This document shows, one piece after another, positions 1 to 14,005 of a DNA stretch of 64,000 nt. Position 1 is the first letter of the stretch. Each line of letters starts with the position of its first letter. The stretch comes from the human T2T-CHM13v2.0 reference genome, Homo sapiens, in assembly GCF_009914755.1 (NCBI RefSeq), contig NC_060929.1. One strand, written 5' to 3'. The translations under genes were made by a program, and so were the position numbers. The notes beneath the pieces are model-generated. The model made no database searches. It was not told where the DNA came from and saw only the letters and a list, made by a program, of their open reading frames with translations.

Positions 1-214
1 TTATATCCTTATTGCTGTGTTTCTCTTTGACCTGCCATGCTAAGTTCTGAGGGTGTTTAGGATGCAGAAAAATGGGAACATAGTTGTGATTCACTACATA
101 TGAGAAGATAGCTGGGTTTGGGTTGAGAGTATTCTCTTTCCCTAGATTGGCCTGTCTATAAAGAAAGCATGTTATTAGTCTAGTATTAAAATCACTATTA
201 GTACTGTCACCATC

Positions 215-1360
215 ACCATTTGTTGAGTACTTTTTCATTTATTAATATTTAAGGTATTTGTCAGAAACTGTGCTTGGTACAGTTCTGCCCCCATGGAGTT
301 GAGAATCTACTGACAGGATACTCATTTATTCAAATAAACTCTTAAATTGATGGACAATTAAAATTAGAATGTAATTATAATTTATGCTTGCATGATTATA
401 ATTGGAATAACTATGATGAAAGAGAAATGCACGAAGTCTCAGGGAATATGTATTGTGGAGATTTGGCCTTCTCTGGCAGGACAGAGAAGATTGAGTAAGT
501 CATGAATGTGGTGATATTAGAGGATATATAGGAGCTAATCAGGTGAAGAGAGCCCAGGGAGAAAATTTTAGACAAAGGTATCCATATGAAGAGGTTGCAG
601 TTCTAGCAGAAGCATGATTCATTTGAGAAACCAAATGGAGGGTAATTTGGCTGGAGTATAGAGAGAAAATGGGAGTTATGTATGGAAAGTGCCTGGAGAG
701 TGGGCTGTAACCATGCAGGATGTTATGGGTCATTTTAAGTTTTCTGGTGTTTAGCCTAAAAGCAATGTAAAGCTATTAGGTCATAACATGGGAGTGATAT
801 GACCAGTTTTACATTTTGAAACAATACGTCCAGCTGTAGTATGAACACATTGGAGGGGTTAGGAGTAGATATGAGATATATCTGGAGCCAATTGTAGGAA
901 TGTATGAGAAATAAGGGGGGCTTAAACTAGGGTTATGGATTAGAGGAAAAAGAAGTGGGCAGATGTAGGAGAAATTTAGGAAAGTACAACAGAAAAATGT
1001 GGTGGATTATGGAGGGTATAGAAGAGAGTGTCAATTATGATTTTTAGGTTTTGACTGGTATAATTGAATGGATGGTGGGCTCATTCTCATTGATAAAGAA
1101 CACTAAAAGAGTCCGAGCTTAGAGCAAAAAACCATGTGTAATTTTGAACTGGCTGGCTTGGATATACTTTTGTGATAGCCAGTGTGATAATCCAGGGGAG
1201 GTTAGATAAAAAGGCCTGGAATTCATAAAGGAGGCCTAAACCAGAGATTGTAATGCTTGAGACTTTCTTTGTAGGAGATAAAACTGTCAGTGTGGGTGAG
1301 TTGCCTGGGGAAAGAGAACAGACAAGAAGGTGACCTAGGTTTCGTTGTGAAGTACAAGGC
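215..1360 (-). mobile_element. L2 (LINE2) 3' region, highly diverged
   Basis: Purine-rich + strand with antisense L2 motifs (atttgttgagtac, aactgtgcttggt, gagtgatatgaccagttttacattttgaaa). Confidence 0.7.
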
Positions 1361-1429
1361 AAGAGCTTCTGCTGAGAGTTATCAAGGAGGTGAGAGGGAG
1401 AGGGGCTTAGGATGAAAGAAAGGTAAGGG

Positions 1430-1790
1430 GCCAGGGAAATTTTTGAGGAATTGATAATATCAGCAAATGGGAAACTGTCACTTAGTCATATCAGCAAATG
1501 GGAAACTGAGTTAATGGGGAAAAGTTTTAAGTTTATTGGTGACAATAAAGGCCCTCTTTGGGCTGGTGTCCCCCTTAATGGGACTAGAATAAAAGAAAGG
1601 TAGGTGGCCCGGAAGAACTTTGAGGACTTAGTCATATCAGCAAATGGGAAATACTCAATTACTCATATCAGCAAAGGGGAAACTGAGTTAATAGGGAAAA
1701 ATTTCAAGTTTAATGGGGACAAACTTTAGGCTGGTCAAACACTCAGGCAACACACATTTGGTGAGCGGCCACTGTTCTGGCCCTTGGGAA
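1430..1790. repeat. Internally duplicated segment with 4 copies of ATATCAGCAAATGGGAAA(CTG); probably an ancient LTR-type repeat
   Basis: Motif starts at 1457, 1488, 1634 and 1665, arranged as two ~177 bp units; family not identified. Confidence 0.6.
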
Positions 1791-3005
1791 TATATGGTAA
1801 ATAACATGGTCTCTCTACTCTTGAGGAGCTACATGTTAGTGAGGAGAGTGGTGAGTGATGTAGGTGCTTTGGCGCCACAAGATAACTGGTGTTCCTTAAA
1901 AGCATGAATTTATTATTCAAGTACTTTTCCTAATAATGTGATTTCAGTCAGTCATATATGGCTGCTTGATTATAGTCATAGAGACAGTAGATAAAGTTTT
2001 ACAAATAGAGATACAGATTTGCTTGAAAGGCATAATGAAAAAAAATCAAAGAATAGAAATAGAGAAACAATGGAGTTGCCATTAAGGGTGTTTTAAATAA
2101 TCATGGAGATTAAGAGAAGGAAATAGAAGAAAGGGGAGAAATGAAGGATTAACAAACAGGTAGTTACAATGAGAATAATTGAAGAAGCAAACTAGAAGAA
2201 TAGAAGATTATGATCTCAATGAGATGTATAAATAGGTGATTTTGGAAGTAAAGTAGTTATGACTAAAGGAAAGGTCTAGGGTATGGTATAACACAGGGTG
2301 ACCCAGATGAAGTAGAGATTGTCATTAGAGAGAAGATGGCCATGAAATAGAAAAGTCAGGGTGTTGAATAAATTTCAATTTAGCAAGTAGTACTTTCTGA
2401 ATTGTCTTATATAGCACTGGCTATTCAGGGAGAGACTATCCAAAATAAACATTCCAAGCTTCTTCATAGAGAATGGATCCCAGATAGAGAACATCAGGAG
2501 ACATGGAAGCTCTTCCCTTCTGCCACAAGTCTGGGTAGTAGTTTTAGATGTGCAGCTTCTGAAGTGACTGGATGGGATTATGACTACTGGATAGAAACAG
2601 AAATGGTGAACGTGCTTTGAAAAATTCTAGTCCAGCAGGTAGAATATACTGTGGGAAGATGATAGCAGCAAGCTGAAGTGCCATCAAGTATTTGCTGTTA
2701 GGGTTCAGGGAAAGAGTAGTAAGTTGTATAGAGTTATAGAAATCCTGGAGCAGTGACTTGTGTTGTTCAGGCAGGAAGGCAGCAATAAGGAAATCCATCA
2801 GCAGAGAGCTACAGTGGCAAGACTCTAGTTATGTTAATACAATGGCTACATCCCAGTCCTAGAATCCAGCAGCACCAGACAAATTGCCCAGCCAGAGGAG
2901 TCAGGCACAGAGTAACCAGATACTACGTACTTACTGGAACTGGGACGTAAGGGCACAATAGGAGTGGCAGCAAGAGGAACCTTATGCTTATTGTCTACTC
3001 ATTTG

Positions 3006-3076
3006 TCCATCCATCCATCCATCCATCCATCCATCCATCCATCTATCCATCCATTCATCCATCCATTCATCCATCC
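3006..3076. repeat. (TCCA)n microsatellite at the tail of an L2 fragment
   Basis: Direct read; followed by L2-like cattgaccagtgcctatg...cctgtgctg. Confidence 0.95.
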
Positions 3077-4164
3077 AATACACATTGACCAGTGCCTATG
3101 AAGTACAAGGCCTGTGCTGCATGGTGGGAATAAAGAGATGAAGTAATATCATTGGGTCTCCCCAGTTGATATGATCTCTCTACCTGCAAAAGAGTTTTAG
3201 CTCTTTCATTCCTTCCTGTTTATCTTCTGCAAGTGGAGAAGTGATAAACTTAGATCCTAAAGAAAAATAAAACTCCCCAGTCAGAGATCCACACAACACC
3301 AAATGAGTTCCCATATACTGGCACACTTAAAATCATGGAAAATGCATATGTGGATGATCAAGATGCAATTTATAGTAGACCACAGGTGCCAAACCTGATG
3401 AGAATGTCACAAATTAGCAATGAACATGTCTTTAACATTCAACTTGAAGTCTTGACCTAAGAATATATGTCAATATATTAATATTGCATTGATAAGTACA
3501 TATAATATGTTTCTCTCTCCTAGGGAAATCCTTCTGATAAGGCCAAGATGCAAGCATTTATTCCTTCCCCTTTACCCTTTGGAAGCTCTGCCTTTGTTTA
3601 TGCCCAGTTCATTATACAGCAGTTGTCTTCATTACCATCTCATGCTTTATGGATGGGAAAATGTTGCTATGGTGATGCTGGAATATAGGCCCGAGCAGAG
3701 ACCAATGTGTACTTATCCTTAGTTAGGGGCACTAGAGCAGTAAGGAGTTAGCAACAGGAGTCATAAACCTTTTTCCTATATTCCTAACGTATATGCTTCA
3801 ATGAAGGGTTGTTGGAGTTAATGGAGATGAACCCTTAGCAGCAAATGGAATGGATTCAGGTTCTCACATGGTTGTTTCATTTTACTATAATTAGCCTGTT
3901 TTTCATGAACATATTGATGAAGATTTCCAGGTTAGCAAATACATAGCTCAGTTCCTTGAAGGGCTGACAATCTTGTTTGTTATTTTCTATTGCACAGTTG
4001 TAGGCTGTACTCCAAGTATCACAAATGGGCACCACTAGTAACAGATAGAACCGAGAAATGTGTAGATGGCTTCTTGTAAACCCTTTATTACCTTTAGAAA
4101 AGCTCAGATTCATGACCTATATAGAGTAGTTAATTTGAGTGTTTGTATATAAAATCACAAACTA

Positions 4165-4277
4165 CAGATGTTTCTCAACTTACAATGAGGTTATGGTTTC
4201 TACCAAATTTATATTATTTTTGCACTCGTAAAGTCAAAATATTTTATGTTGAGTCATCACTAATTGGAGACTGTCTA
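4165..4277. mobile_element. TcMar-Tigger MITE (MER47/Tigger5-like)
   Basis: TA|cagatgtttctcaacttacaatg ... ttggagactgtcta|TA: degenerate TIRs and TA target site. Confidence 0.7.
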
Positions 4278-4279
4278 TA

Positions 4280-4395
4280 TTAGAACAGAAGACCCTTTGA
4301 CATAATCTAAGCTGAATTTTTCTCTTAGAGATGAGGAAACAAGGCCTAGAGATAGAAGAGTGCCTTTAAGGGACCCAGCAAACAAGAGGCAGGTT
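4280..4395 (-). mobile_element. MIR fragment
   Basis: agatgaggaaacaaggcctagaga core. Confidence 0.6.
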
Positions 4396-5659
4396 GGTTT
4401 AGTTGAAATGAAAATCTGTTTTTCCTTCTATCTCTTTGTCTGACAAGCCCTTCTACTAGTTTCTGCTTCTTTAGTCAAAGGCTTTCAGAGAACCCATCTT
4501 TTCTTCCCCAATGGGAAGGAAATTAATGGATGTGGGAATATATCTGGAGACCCCCTTTCCCCACCTCAAATGTTAGCCTTGACTTAGTTACTTAAAGCCA
4601 CTGACCCAAGCCTCCTAATGAAGCATGGCTCACTCTAGAAGGTATTGTTTATGGACCTGAAGCCTTGAGAAGATGAACAGTATCAGTGCTCAGAGCTGGC
4701 TTATCAGCAGGTATCCCAGTCAAGCTGACAGCAGGACCTGTTACTCTCTTACCTTTGTTTCTTAGTCTTTCAAATCCATTAGCATAGGGCATCATTTGAT
4801 ATATTTCTGTCTTTTCCTTCTAGAGTTCAAGTGCTATTTACAGTGAGTCTTTTGTAACTTCACATCCTAAGGATATCAGAGCATTTTGGGGTACTGCATT
4901 AGTTAGAATTAAACTAAGCCATATGGGTCCCCTAGGAACAGTGGTAAATCTTGGCAGAAATGTTTATCTTTTTATTAACAGAAAGATTAGTTTGGGTCTT
5001 TATGCTACTTATTTTAAGCAACTGTCAAGCCTGAAGATCTTAAGAGCTTCCTGCTTGGGAAGAGACTTAATAAGAATTATAGTTAAGGTTTGGGATAGAT
5101 CAAGAGTCTTAGAAACAAATGCTGACTCCCTGTTGATAGAGAAATCATTTTAAGCTCTCTCAACCTCTGCTTTCCATTGTATAGGTCAGAATTGCATGTC
5201 TTGTCAGGATTGTTGTACAGAAGATATGGAATAGTGCCAGAGAACTGGGTAAGAAGCTGACATCTTTTCCAGTCTTCAATGAGCATCCATTTGTGTTGGG
5301 ACAGTCTGGGGAAAATATAGGATGCGTCCTCCCTACCCTCAGTTCAGCTTTGAGTGTTTCTTCAAAAGGATTTTATATTTGTCAACTCACTTGACATTCC
5401 CACTATCAGGTAAACATGTAAGAGAAAACAGACTTTTTCAGGATCACCATGCACGTAATTGGGATACCTACATTTTGGTCCTAGCTAGGTTTTGGTCTAG
5501 CCCATCTGAACTTGAAAAAGTGATCTTCAAAAAATACAAAAGAATGATGTTGATCCCCAACTTAAAATCCTTCATTTGAGAGTGGTGTGGGACCACCTGC
5601 CCATTTCTTCGACCTAATTTTTTGCCATCATCCCCCTCAACCAAAGCATGTCAGCAACA

Positions 5660-6105
5660 GAGGAGTTATTCCATTGCTCTGACTTGCTTTTTTTTTTTTC
5701 CTGCCTCATGGTCATTACACATGCAGCTCCTTCAGCCTATAATGTTCTTTGCCCTGTGGCTTTGCGAAACTGCCTATTTTTCATATTTCAGTTCTTAGCT
5801 TAAGTGTCTCTTGCTTAAAGACTTTCCCCTGAATTCTACCTAAAGCAATATACTGTAGTATTTTCTGTTTCAGTCTTTGGTTTGGCACCTTAACAGCACT
5901 CTGAACTTGTGACTTTTTTGTTGAATTTTTTTTCTCTTATATTTACCTGACTTATTTTATTTGGTCTGTCTATCATTTTGGGATGTAAAATGTTATGAAA
6001 ATAGGGACTAGATCTATTTTATTTATGGTTGTATCTTCAGCACTCAGCACAATTACTGGCACCTAGTAAGCACTCAGTAAAATTTGCTAAATGAGTAAAT
6101 AAGTC
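5660..6105 (+). mobile_element. L2 3' end
   Basis: Ends ctggcacctagtaagcactcagtaaaatttgctaaatgagt, like the L2 terminus. Confidence 0.7.
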
Positions 6106-6332
6106 ACTCATTCTTAGCACTTTAGCTCATCATAGGTAAAAATGTTCAATAACTGTAACTATTTTACTTACTCTTTTCCCTTCAAACAGAGAGGGCTCTT
6201 CCCTTCTGTGGTTGTCACTTTCTGGTCTCCATCAGACATGCTTCTTCTCCGTTGTCTTTCCTTTTACATGTTCCCTCTGTCTGCTTCAGGTATATGTTCA
6301 ACTTGGCATGTACAACTTACTAAACTAACATT

Positions 6333-6500
6333 TATAGTGATAAGAGCAGTAGGTTGAAGTCCGGAAATCTGAGTTCCAGACTTAGATATGCCTTTAGCTT
6401 AAAATGTGATCCTGGATAAAGTTAGATGCCTATTTTTGGACCTCAATTTCTCCCATTTTTGTAGTGAAGAGATTGGAACTGATAAGCTATAAATATGTTT
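6333..6500 (+). mobile_element. MIR/MIR3
   Basis: tagtgataagagca...tgtgatcctggataaag...cctcaatttctccc. Confidence 0.6.
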
Positions 6501-7016
6501 TCCACCTAGAATATTATCTAACGTATATTGCTTGTTTATCTTCTGTCAATTAACCTAGGCAGCATCATAAAATAGCCACTTCTAAAATAGTACGGGTCAT
6601 CTGGATTAAAGTGTGGGTACATTCATTAAAAAAGAACTCCCACTAGTTTATATTCATGCTATAAAATTTACAATCCCTACAGAGAAACGAAGCTTCGAAA
6701 TGTGTTGCCAATGAACAATATATTCAATGGCCTTGCTGTGCTGGGTGCTTTCTGGAGTAGCTGGGGAGCCACAAGTGCTGATGAAAACAGAAGTGAGCTG
6801 TGTTATGTCCTCATGTTGTTCTCCATATGCTATGTTTTGTAGCTCTGCCAGAATTTTCCCAGCATGGCTCCTCCAAATTTCCTACTTCATGTCAGATTAC
6901 ACACATTTCAGCCTTGGCAGGAAGGTCTGCATTTATAGCCAGTTTTGAAGATAGCAAAAATGTTTCACATATACTCAGTGTTTAATATTCATTACCCTGC
7001 ACCCAGTGGCAAGACA

Positions 7017-7248
7017 GAGGAAGTATGGTCTTGTGGTAAGAGACGAGGCTGTGGAATTAGAAGCCTGGATTTGAATCTGACATGACTTGGGATAATGACT
7101 TAACAATTTAAATATGTGTTTCTTCATCTGTGAGAGATGTGTAATAAGAGTAAAAAGCTTTCAAGTTGATAGGGTGAAATGAAATAATCATGTAAATACT
7201 TAGCATATTCCTGGCACATAGTAACCAATCAACATGCATTATTTACTG
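7017..7248 (+). mobile_element. MIR
   Basis: gtggtaagagac...gcctggatttgaatc...ttcttcatctgtga...cctggcacatagtaa. Confidence 0.75.
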
Positions 7249-8324
7249 TTTGTATTTCTCTCAGTGGTTGAGTAAAAACTGGAGGATTCCAATCCAGATC
7301 AAGATGCTCTAGTTTGTATTACCTCTTTTCAGTAGATTCACCTTCTGTGTCATCATCTGTGAAGTTGATGTTTGGTCTGTCATCTTTAAGGTCCCTTTCT
7401 GCTCTGAAATGATAAAGCAAATAGACTAATGAATATTTGGCATTATAAGAGGATAAATAATAGACATTTTAATTTTTCTGAATTATCTAAAAACTGTTGA
7501 GTGCTGATTACAAAGTATTATATAAAAGTAGTTATTATTTTCTCAGTTACATCACAGAAACCAGAAAGTGATTGTGTAGCAAAACTATGAAGTGGGTGAC
7601 ATTTTTAGGAAATCCTGGCCCTTGCAGTCTTCACCTCCCCTGAGATGTCTCTCTCGTACATCCTAGCTTTTTTCCTGTGCCCTCTATTTCCCTCCCCCTA
7701 CTTATCTGACTCTGAGTTATATGCCTTATGTCTAAGTATAAAATGAAAGCCCTTGTTTCCTATTAAATAAATTTCATGCTCTGAGAAGCAGGGAGGAAGC
7801 ATATTTCAACCAAGTTCTGTGATTGGACCATGCTTTCCAGGGCCCTGATATAATGCCAGATTGGTGGCTGCTATTTTCTCTCATATTTGACAGATCATTG
7901 AATTGTGGTATCTCCCTCAAACCAATGATATGGCCAGTTCTTTAATGTTCACACAATTCTGGTTCTGGCTTCAGCTACTGACTAATAATACATCTCATTC
8001 GCAAAGAATTCTTAGAGTTTCTGTCTCAGACTCTAAACTAAATGGTCTTAGAATGTTTCTTAACATGAACCTTCTCATTTATTGATGGAGTAATGGAGAC
8101 TCTGAGAAATGACATGACTTACTTTATGTCCCCACAGCTAATAAATAACAAAATTTCCTGCAATAATACCTGAAATATTATTACATGATATATTCCTTGT
8201 AGTCTCACTGTTTTTTAAATTATTTTTAAAATTGTTTTTAATAAGAGCCTATCATTCAATTTGCATTTTTTTTTTTTACAATAAGGAGCATGCTAACCTG
8301 GTAGCAATTCATGTTTTATTCAGG

Positions 8325-9840
8325 TTAGTTGAGAATTTAGGTTAGTTGTTAGTGAGGTCAGAAAAGAATCCAGCAAAATTCCTGGGGCAGAAGAGAAACC
8401 AGAAGGAGAAGATACGGGGAGTACAGATTGGAATGGAGAACTAACAGTGGGCTTAGCAAGACGGGATTTGTTGGTGATCCAGATAACAGTGGCTTTCATG
8501 TAGTGGTGGGGAGAAAAACCTGCCCAAAGTGGGTTAAAAAGTGAATAGAATATGAAGAAGTGAAAAGATACTAATATTACATGTACTTTTTTTTCTCTGA
8601 AAGTGAGTAGAGAAATAAAATAGCTGGAGAGAGACATGAGGTCAATGGAAATATTTTAAATATTTTACATATATGCATATACATGTAAAATTATAACATA
8701 TTTGCATGCTGTTGGTAATGATTTCATATTTAGGTGGAAATTGATGGTGAGGAGAAAGAAATGTTGATTATAGGAGTAAAGTCTTGCGTTGGTGAGAGGC
8801 AGTGAGACCCTGTAATAAATGGAAGGTTTGGCTTTCCCTAGGTGAAAAATCCAAGATTATGAGTAAAGAAGCAGACAGCTTGAGAGATTTGGTATTGAAA
8901 AGATGTAATGGTTATCTTTTGGTTACTTTGATTTTCTTGATGAAATAAGAAGTGAGTCAAGAGCTGAGAATGAGGAGAGGGAGAGAGTGTTGGTGACTGC
9001 AGGATGGAAGAGTGAATTTGTTACAGAAATGTAGTAAAATTGCTGGATAGTGCTAAAGGCCCACTCAAGTTTGACAGTCAAAAATTTGAAGAGAGACAGG
9101 TTAGACCTGTGTGAGTTTTTCTCCAGCCTCATTCAGCTGCTTGAGTGTAGTTGCAAAATAGATGGACAGTTAAGTTGAACTAAAGTTGGGGTTTTGCCAA
9201 ACTAGGCTAGAGGAGAAAAGAGGAGCAAGCAATTTGGGAGTATATAAAAGGAGTGATTATACAGGTTACCCATGAAATCTAAGAAGAGTAAGGAAGGAAC
9301 TGAGGACACAAAACAGGTTATGAATGGATAGTAAAAAGTGGTGAGGCCAGTGGGATGGAGGTCCTGATGAATTTGCAGGGGAGAGCAAGGCAGATTCTAA
9401 AGTTAACAGAGCTGCAAAAATAAGAGCAGATGTTTGAAAAAAGATTTAAGGGGCAATGCAGTTACTAGTAATGGCAAGGTCAAGTGGTGGCCATGGTAGT
9501 GTGTGAATGAGGTGGAATGAAGTAGAAGCCTGAAGGGGAGATAGTCAAGGATTTGGATGGAGACCACAGCATTGGTGTGGAAGTGGTCAAGTTGCTGATA
9601 GAATATAGAGTGGCGGAGGTGATGAGGGTGAAGAGGTGAGTAGTGGTGAAGAAGGGGTGAAGAATAAGATGGTGAATTTGAGACTTAGGTCTTCAGTGGC
9701 TGAGGAAAGCAATGAGGGTGGCAGATGACTGCCACAAGGCAGGAGAATAGTGGTAGAGCTTGATGGCATATGTTTCCAAAAAGGTAGGATATTTGAAGGA
9801 GGAAGGAGGCAATAATTGACTATTAATGATTGTAATGAGC
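8325..9840 (-). mobile_element. L2 ORF2-derived body, fragmented
   Basis: Long G/A-rich + strand with antisense L2 motifs (ttgttggtgatcc, gtagtggtggggagaaaaacctg). Confidence 0.6.
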
Positions 9841-10109
9841 ATGAAGAGCACCTAGCCTTACCTCCAGGCTCTGTGTGCAATCTGGGTTGTAAAAGGAATA
9901 ACAGCTGTCACTTGAAAGGCCAGCAAGGGAAGCAGTTTTTACAGGAAGAAACCAAGCTTTACAATGAACACACAACTGGTGGAGGAGCTGTCCCAGTACA
10001 GAGTATAAGTTCCAGAGCATCCAGTAGAAGAGCTGGGAGGGGCATGTTTAATAATGGCTGTGAGATCACATTGGAGATGCAAACTTATATGGGCACGATA
10101 GGTGATCCA

Positions 10110-10265
10110 GAATACTACTCAAATGTTAATGTATTTGAAAATCCCCTTGGGATCTTGTGCAAATTCAGATTCACAATCTTGTTGTGGGGTGGGGAGCTAA
10201 GAGTCTACATTTCTAACAAGCTTCAAGGTAAGGCTGATAATACTTATTTGAGGATCGTACTTTAA
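10110..10265. mobile_element. MER5A (hAT-Charlie)
   Basis: gggatcttgtgcaaattcagattc...ctacatttctaacaagcttcaaggt. Confidence 0.7.
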
Positions 10266-10579
10266 GGAGAAAGGCTTTGTAGGCTTGGACTAGTGTAAGC
10301 AGCATTAAGGTTGGAACTTGGGTAGAGGATGCCAGTGATGCGTTTGATTAAGAACAAGTGGAGCTCTGGAGCCTCCTTCAGTCTGGGAATATTTAGTAAT
10401 TGTCAACATTTTTGGAAGATCAATTTTTAAACTTTCTTATCTTTAAATTTTTAAACCTTGTCTGAATCTAAAGCTCATGGGTTGACCATATATTTGTTTC
10501 AACAAGTGTATTGTCTTTGTTTCACAGGTGTGCACACATTATTTCAATAGGACTGTTTGTTCCTTAGAGCCAGAGACTG

Positions 10580-10790
10580 TGGGGAATAGTGGAACATTAT
10601 TGGATCATGAGTCATAAGACTTAATTTCAGTTCCCATTTGTATTATTAACTAGCTATGGAAAGCAGTGGCAAAAATAATTTACCTTTCTGGTCATTTTTA
10701 TGTGTGAAGTGGGGATAATCATGCCTAGCTGTCAGTGCTATGAGATTCAAATGAGATGCTTAATATAAAAATGTGTTGTAAATGGAAAAA
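10580..10790 (+). mobile_element. MIR
   Basis: actagctatgga...gtgaagtggggataat...tgagattcaaatgagat. Confidence 0.6.
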
Positions 10791-11494
10791 CAATATAATA
10801 ACAAGATAATAATTATTGTCAGACTGGTATTTTTCTGATATATACAAGCATGGCATATTGGCTGGTGCTTGACATTATTGATCAGTGGCCATGCCACATT
10901 GGTAGTTAAATATTTTAAAATATAACTCCTGAAAATTGTGTTTCATAAATTTACTGTTATTTATTCTGTGTCTTTATAAAGTGTCAGCAGAAAAATGGGC
11001 ATGAAATAGTTGTCAAATTAAAGATTTGGTATAACAAGGTGAATAAAATATATGAACACCTATACCAAGGCACACTGAGTGAAAAGTGAAAGTAATTCCA
11101 AAAGTCTGTAGAATGAGTTCTTCCTAATGTCACTTTTACCAGGAAGCATTAAGGTGTCAGTTCTTGTTCCCTCACAACAAATTTGAAAATGACCTCACTA
11201 TAATTTCTGGCATTTGTTTCCTCTTTAGATTATACCCTTCACATTTCATAGTTGGTTCATGCAGGTACACTCAGACAAAAGAAGGATGCTAGGTACAGAC
11301 AAGCTATGATTAACCTAACCCGTCTATTTTGTTCTGCCGTAGAACTCTCTGTTCCAAAATGTGTTATGGGGACTCATGTTAAAACTTCTTCAAAGACAGC
11401 TTGTTCTCTAACAGTAAAAAATATTTCTTTTATTTTTCCTTTTTTTCTTGGAGAGCTTGCTTTAGTGAGAATTGATTTTCCCAGCTCTTTGGAA

Positions 11495-11695
11495 TTCAGA
11501 AAGAAAGTATGGATTTTGGGGTTCAAATTCTGGCTGTACCCCTTATTAGCTGTAAAATCTTAACCAAGTTACTTAATCTCTGTAAACCTCAGGTTTCTCA
11601 TTGGTAAGACTGTCATAATTATAGGATCTTCCTCACATGATTGTTGTAAGAATTGAGACAATGTGCCTGAAGTAAGCGCTAGTCACTATTAATGA
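11495..11695 (+). mobile_element. MIR
   Basis: gggttcaaattctggct...aagttacttaatctctgtaaacctcaggtttctcat. Confidence 0.75.
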
Positions 11696-11704
11696 CTGTG
11701 CAAG

Positions 11705-12683
11705 AACCTAGATAAAAAATTTGTGTCCTGAATTTATAAAGTCTCCAAATTCAAGAGTAAAAAACAAACAAACAAACAAACAAAAAACACTTAAAAATAG
11801 GCAAAAGGTTAGAACAGACACTTCATGAAGTAAGGTATACAGATGGAGAATGAGCATATAAGGAGGTTTTCAACATCAATATTCATTAGGAAATGCAAAT
11901 CAAAACCACAGTGAGGCACCACTTCACACTTACCAGAATGGCTAAAGTTCTGACAGTGATTATCAATAGCAATACCAAGGAATACACAAAGTGTTAGGAG
12001 GATGGAGAGCAAACAGAGGTCTCATACATTGTTTATAGGAATACAAAATTGTAAAACCACTTTTGAAAAGCGATTGTTAGTTTCTTCATAAGCTAAACAT
12101 ACCACTACCACATGACCCAACCATGCTTCCCCTGGCCACTTACCCAAGAGAAATAAGGTGGCTGTCCATACGATGCTTTACATACAAATCTTTGTGTCTT
12201 TGTTTATATAGCTCAAAACTGGAAACAACCCAAATGTCCAGCAACAGTTGAAAGGATAAACAAAATGTGGTACATCCATATAGTAAATACTACTCAGCAA
12301 TAAAAGGAAATTAATTATTGATATATGCACCAATGTGGACGCATCTCAAAATAATTGTCCTGAAGGAAAGAAGCCAGACAAAAACAGTACTTATTGTATG
12401 ACTCATTTTATACGTAATTTTAGAAAATGCAAACTATAGTGACAGAAAGTAGATCAGTTGTTGCCTGGAGATGGGATGGGAAAGGCGTAGAAAAAGGCAG
12501 GAAAGGGAGATTACCAAAAAAATAAGGGGAAGCTTTTAGGGGAATAGATATGGCCATTATGTGTTGATCATAGTGATGGTTTTACAGGTGTATACACATG
12601 TCAAAACTTATCAAATCGTACATTTTAAACATGTAGAGCTTGTTGTATGTCAATTATACCTGAATGAAGTTATTAAGAAAAAA
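11705..12683 (+). mobile_element. Old L1M (L1MC/L1ME-type) ORF2 end plus 3' UTR
   Basis: aacagacacttc, gaaatgcaaatcaaaaccacagtgag, aaactggaaacaacccaaatgtcc; ends tgtcaattatacctgaatgaag plus A-run. Confidence 0.85.
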
Positions 12684-12959
12684 GAGACTCTCCATATTTT
12701 GACCCCATCTTATTAGCCTTGTTTATTACTGAATCTTTTATTCCACTGAGTCTATAACCATATCACTTGTAGGGACTACCCCAAAACATTTCTTTCCCTT
12801 GTCCATTAAACATATATTCACTGGGTCCCTGTTATGAAACAGACCTTAGAATAGGAGTTAGGCATCCATCAGTGATCAAGACAGTCCCAGTTTCTTCTCT
12901 CTTAAGCTTCACAATCTGGTCAGAGACATAAACAAGTCCACGGTTGTACAGTTATGTAC

Positions 12960-13580
12960 ATTTATTATTATTGTGTTTATTATTATTTTTATATATTTAG
13001 GGGATACAAGTGAGGTGTCTTATATGCATACATTGCGTAGTGCTGAAGTCTGGGCTTTTAGTGTACCCATCACCTGAACAGTGAACATTGTATCCAATAG
13101 GTAGTTTTTCAACCCTCACCCCCAACCCTCCCACCTTTTGAGGTCTCCAATGACCATTATTCCACTTTGTACTTCCATGTACTCATTATTTAGCTCCCAC
13201 TTATAAGTGAGAACATATTTGACTTTCTGTTTGTGAATTATTTCACTGAGGATAATGGCCTCCAGTTCTATCCATGTTGCAGCAAAAAAACATTATTTTA
13301 TTTTATTTTTTAGTGCTGAGTAGTATTCCATGGTGTGTGTGTGTGTGTATTTTTTTCTTTTAATCCAGTCTTCCATTGCCTGACATTGATTCCACGACTT
13401 CACCTTTGTGTGTAGTGCTGTGATAAACATATCAGTATAGGTTTTTTAAAAACCATATTTTGATTCCTTTCCCTTTGGATGTATACCCAGTAGTGGAATT
13501 ACTGAATTGAATAGTAGGTCTACTTTTAGTTATTTGAGAAATCTCATACTGTTTTCCATAAAGGCTGTACCAATTTATCA
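12960..13580 (-). mobile_element. L1PB/L1MA-type 3' end, 5'-truncated
   Basis: gatacaagtg...agtgtacccatcacctgaacagtgaacattgt...tagctcccacttataagtgagaaca...atacccagtagtgg. Confidence 0.85.
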
Positions 13581-13777
13581 TTTTTGACTACTTAGCCTTT
13601 GAACACCTTGATGTTATGAGATAATCTTCCAGTGGGGGTTGCTGGGCCTCTTGCACTTAAAATTTAATATAACTTTCAGTGTAATTATTTGAAATAGTCT
13701 CCCATCATTTGAGACCTTCTCCCATTATTCTTGAATGATTTAATGGGCTTATTCTTAGTCCATTGCCACTTTTTGAA

Positions 13778-14005
13778 AGACAAAGTAACAGAAAGATTAA
13801 ATGCATGCGTTCTGAAGTCAGACTGCCTGGACTTAAATTCACCTCTATCACTTGTTCATCTACTTAACTTCTCTTAGTATCGCTTCCTCAGCATAATAAT
13901 TGTACCTGTCTCATATAGTGATTGTGAGGGTCATTGGGATAATTCAAGAAGTGCTTTGAACATTTCTTGGCATATGGAGATGCTCAAAATATATGAACTG
14001 TTTTC
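13778..14005 (+). mobile_element. MIR
   Basis: tctgaagtcagactgcctgg...tacttaacttctct...gattgtgagg. Confidence 0.65.

Noticed and set aside
1457-1686. CRISPR-like repeat/spacer pattern
   Set aside because: Spacing is irregular (31, 146, 31), the spacers are homologous to each other, the context is primate DNA and there are no cas genes
9816-10265. 149-aa ORF
   Set aside because: Non-ATG start, runs from L2 sequence into a MER5A, and has no recognisable domain
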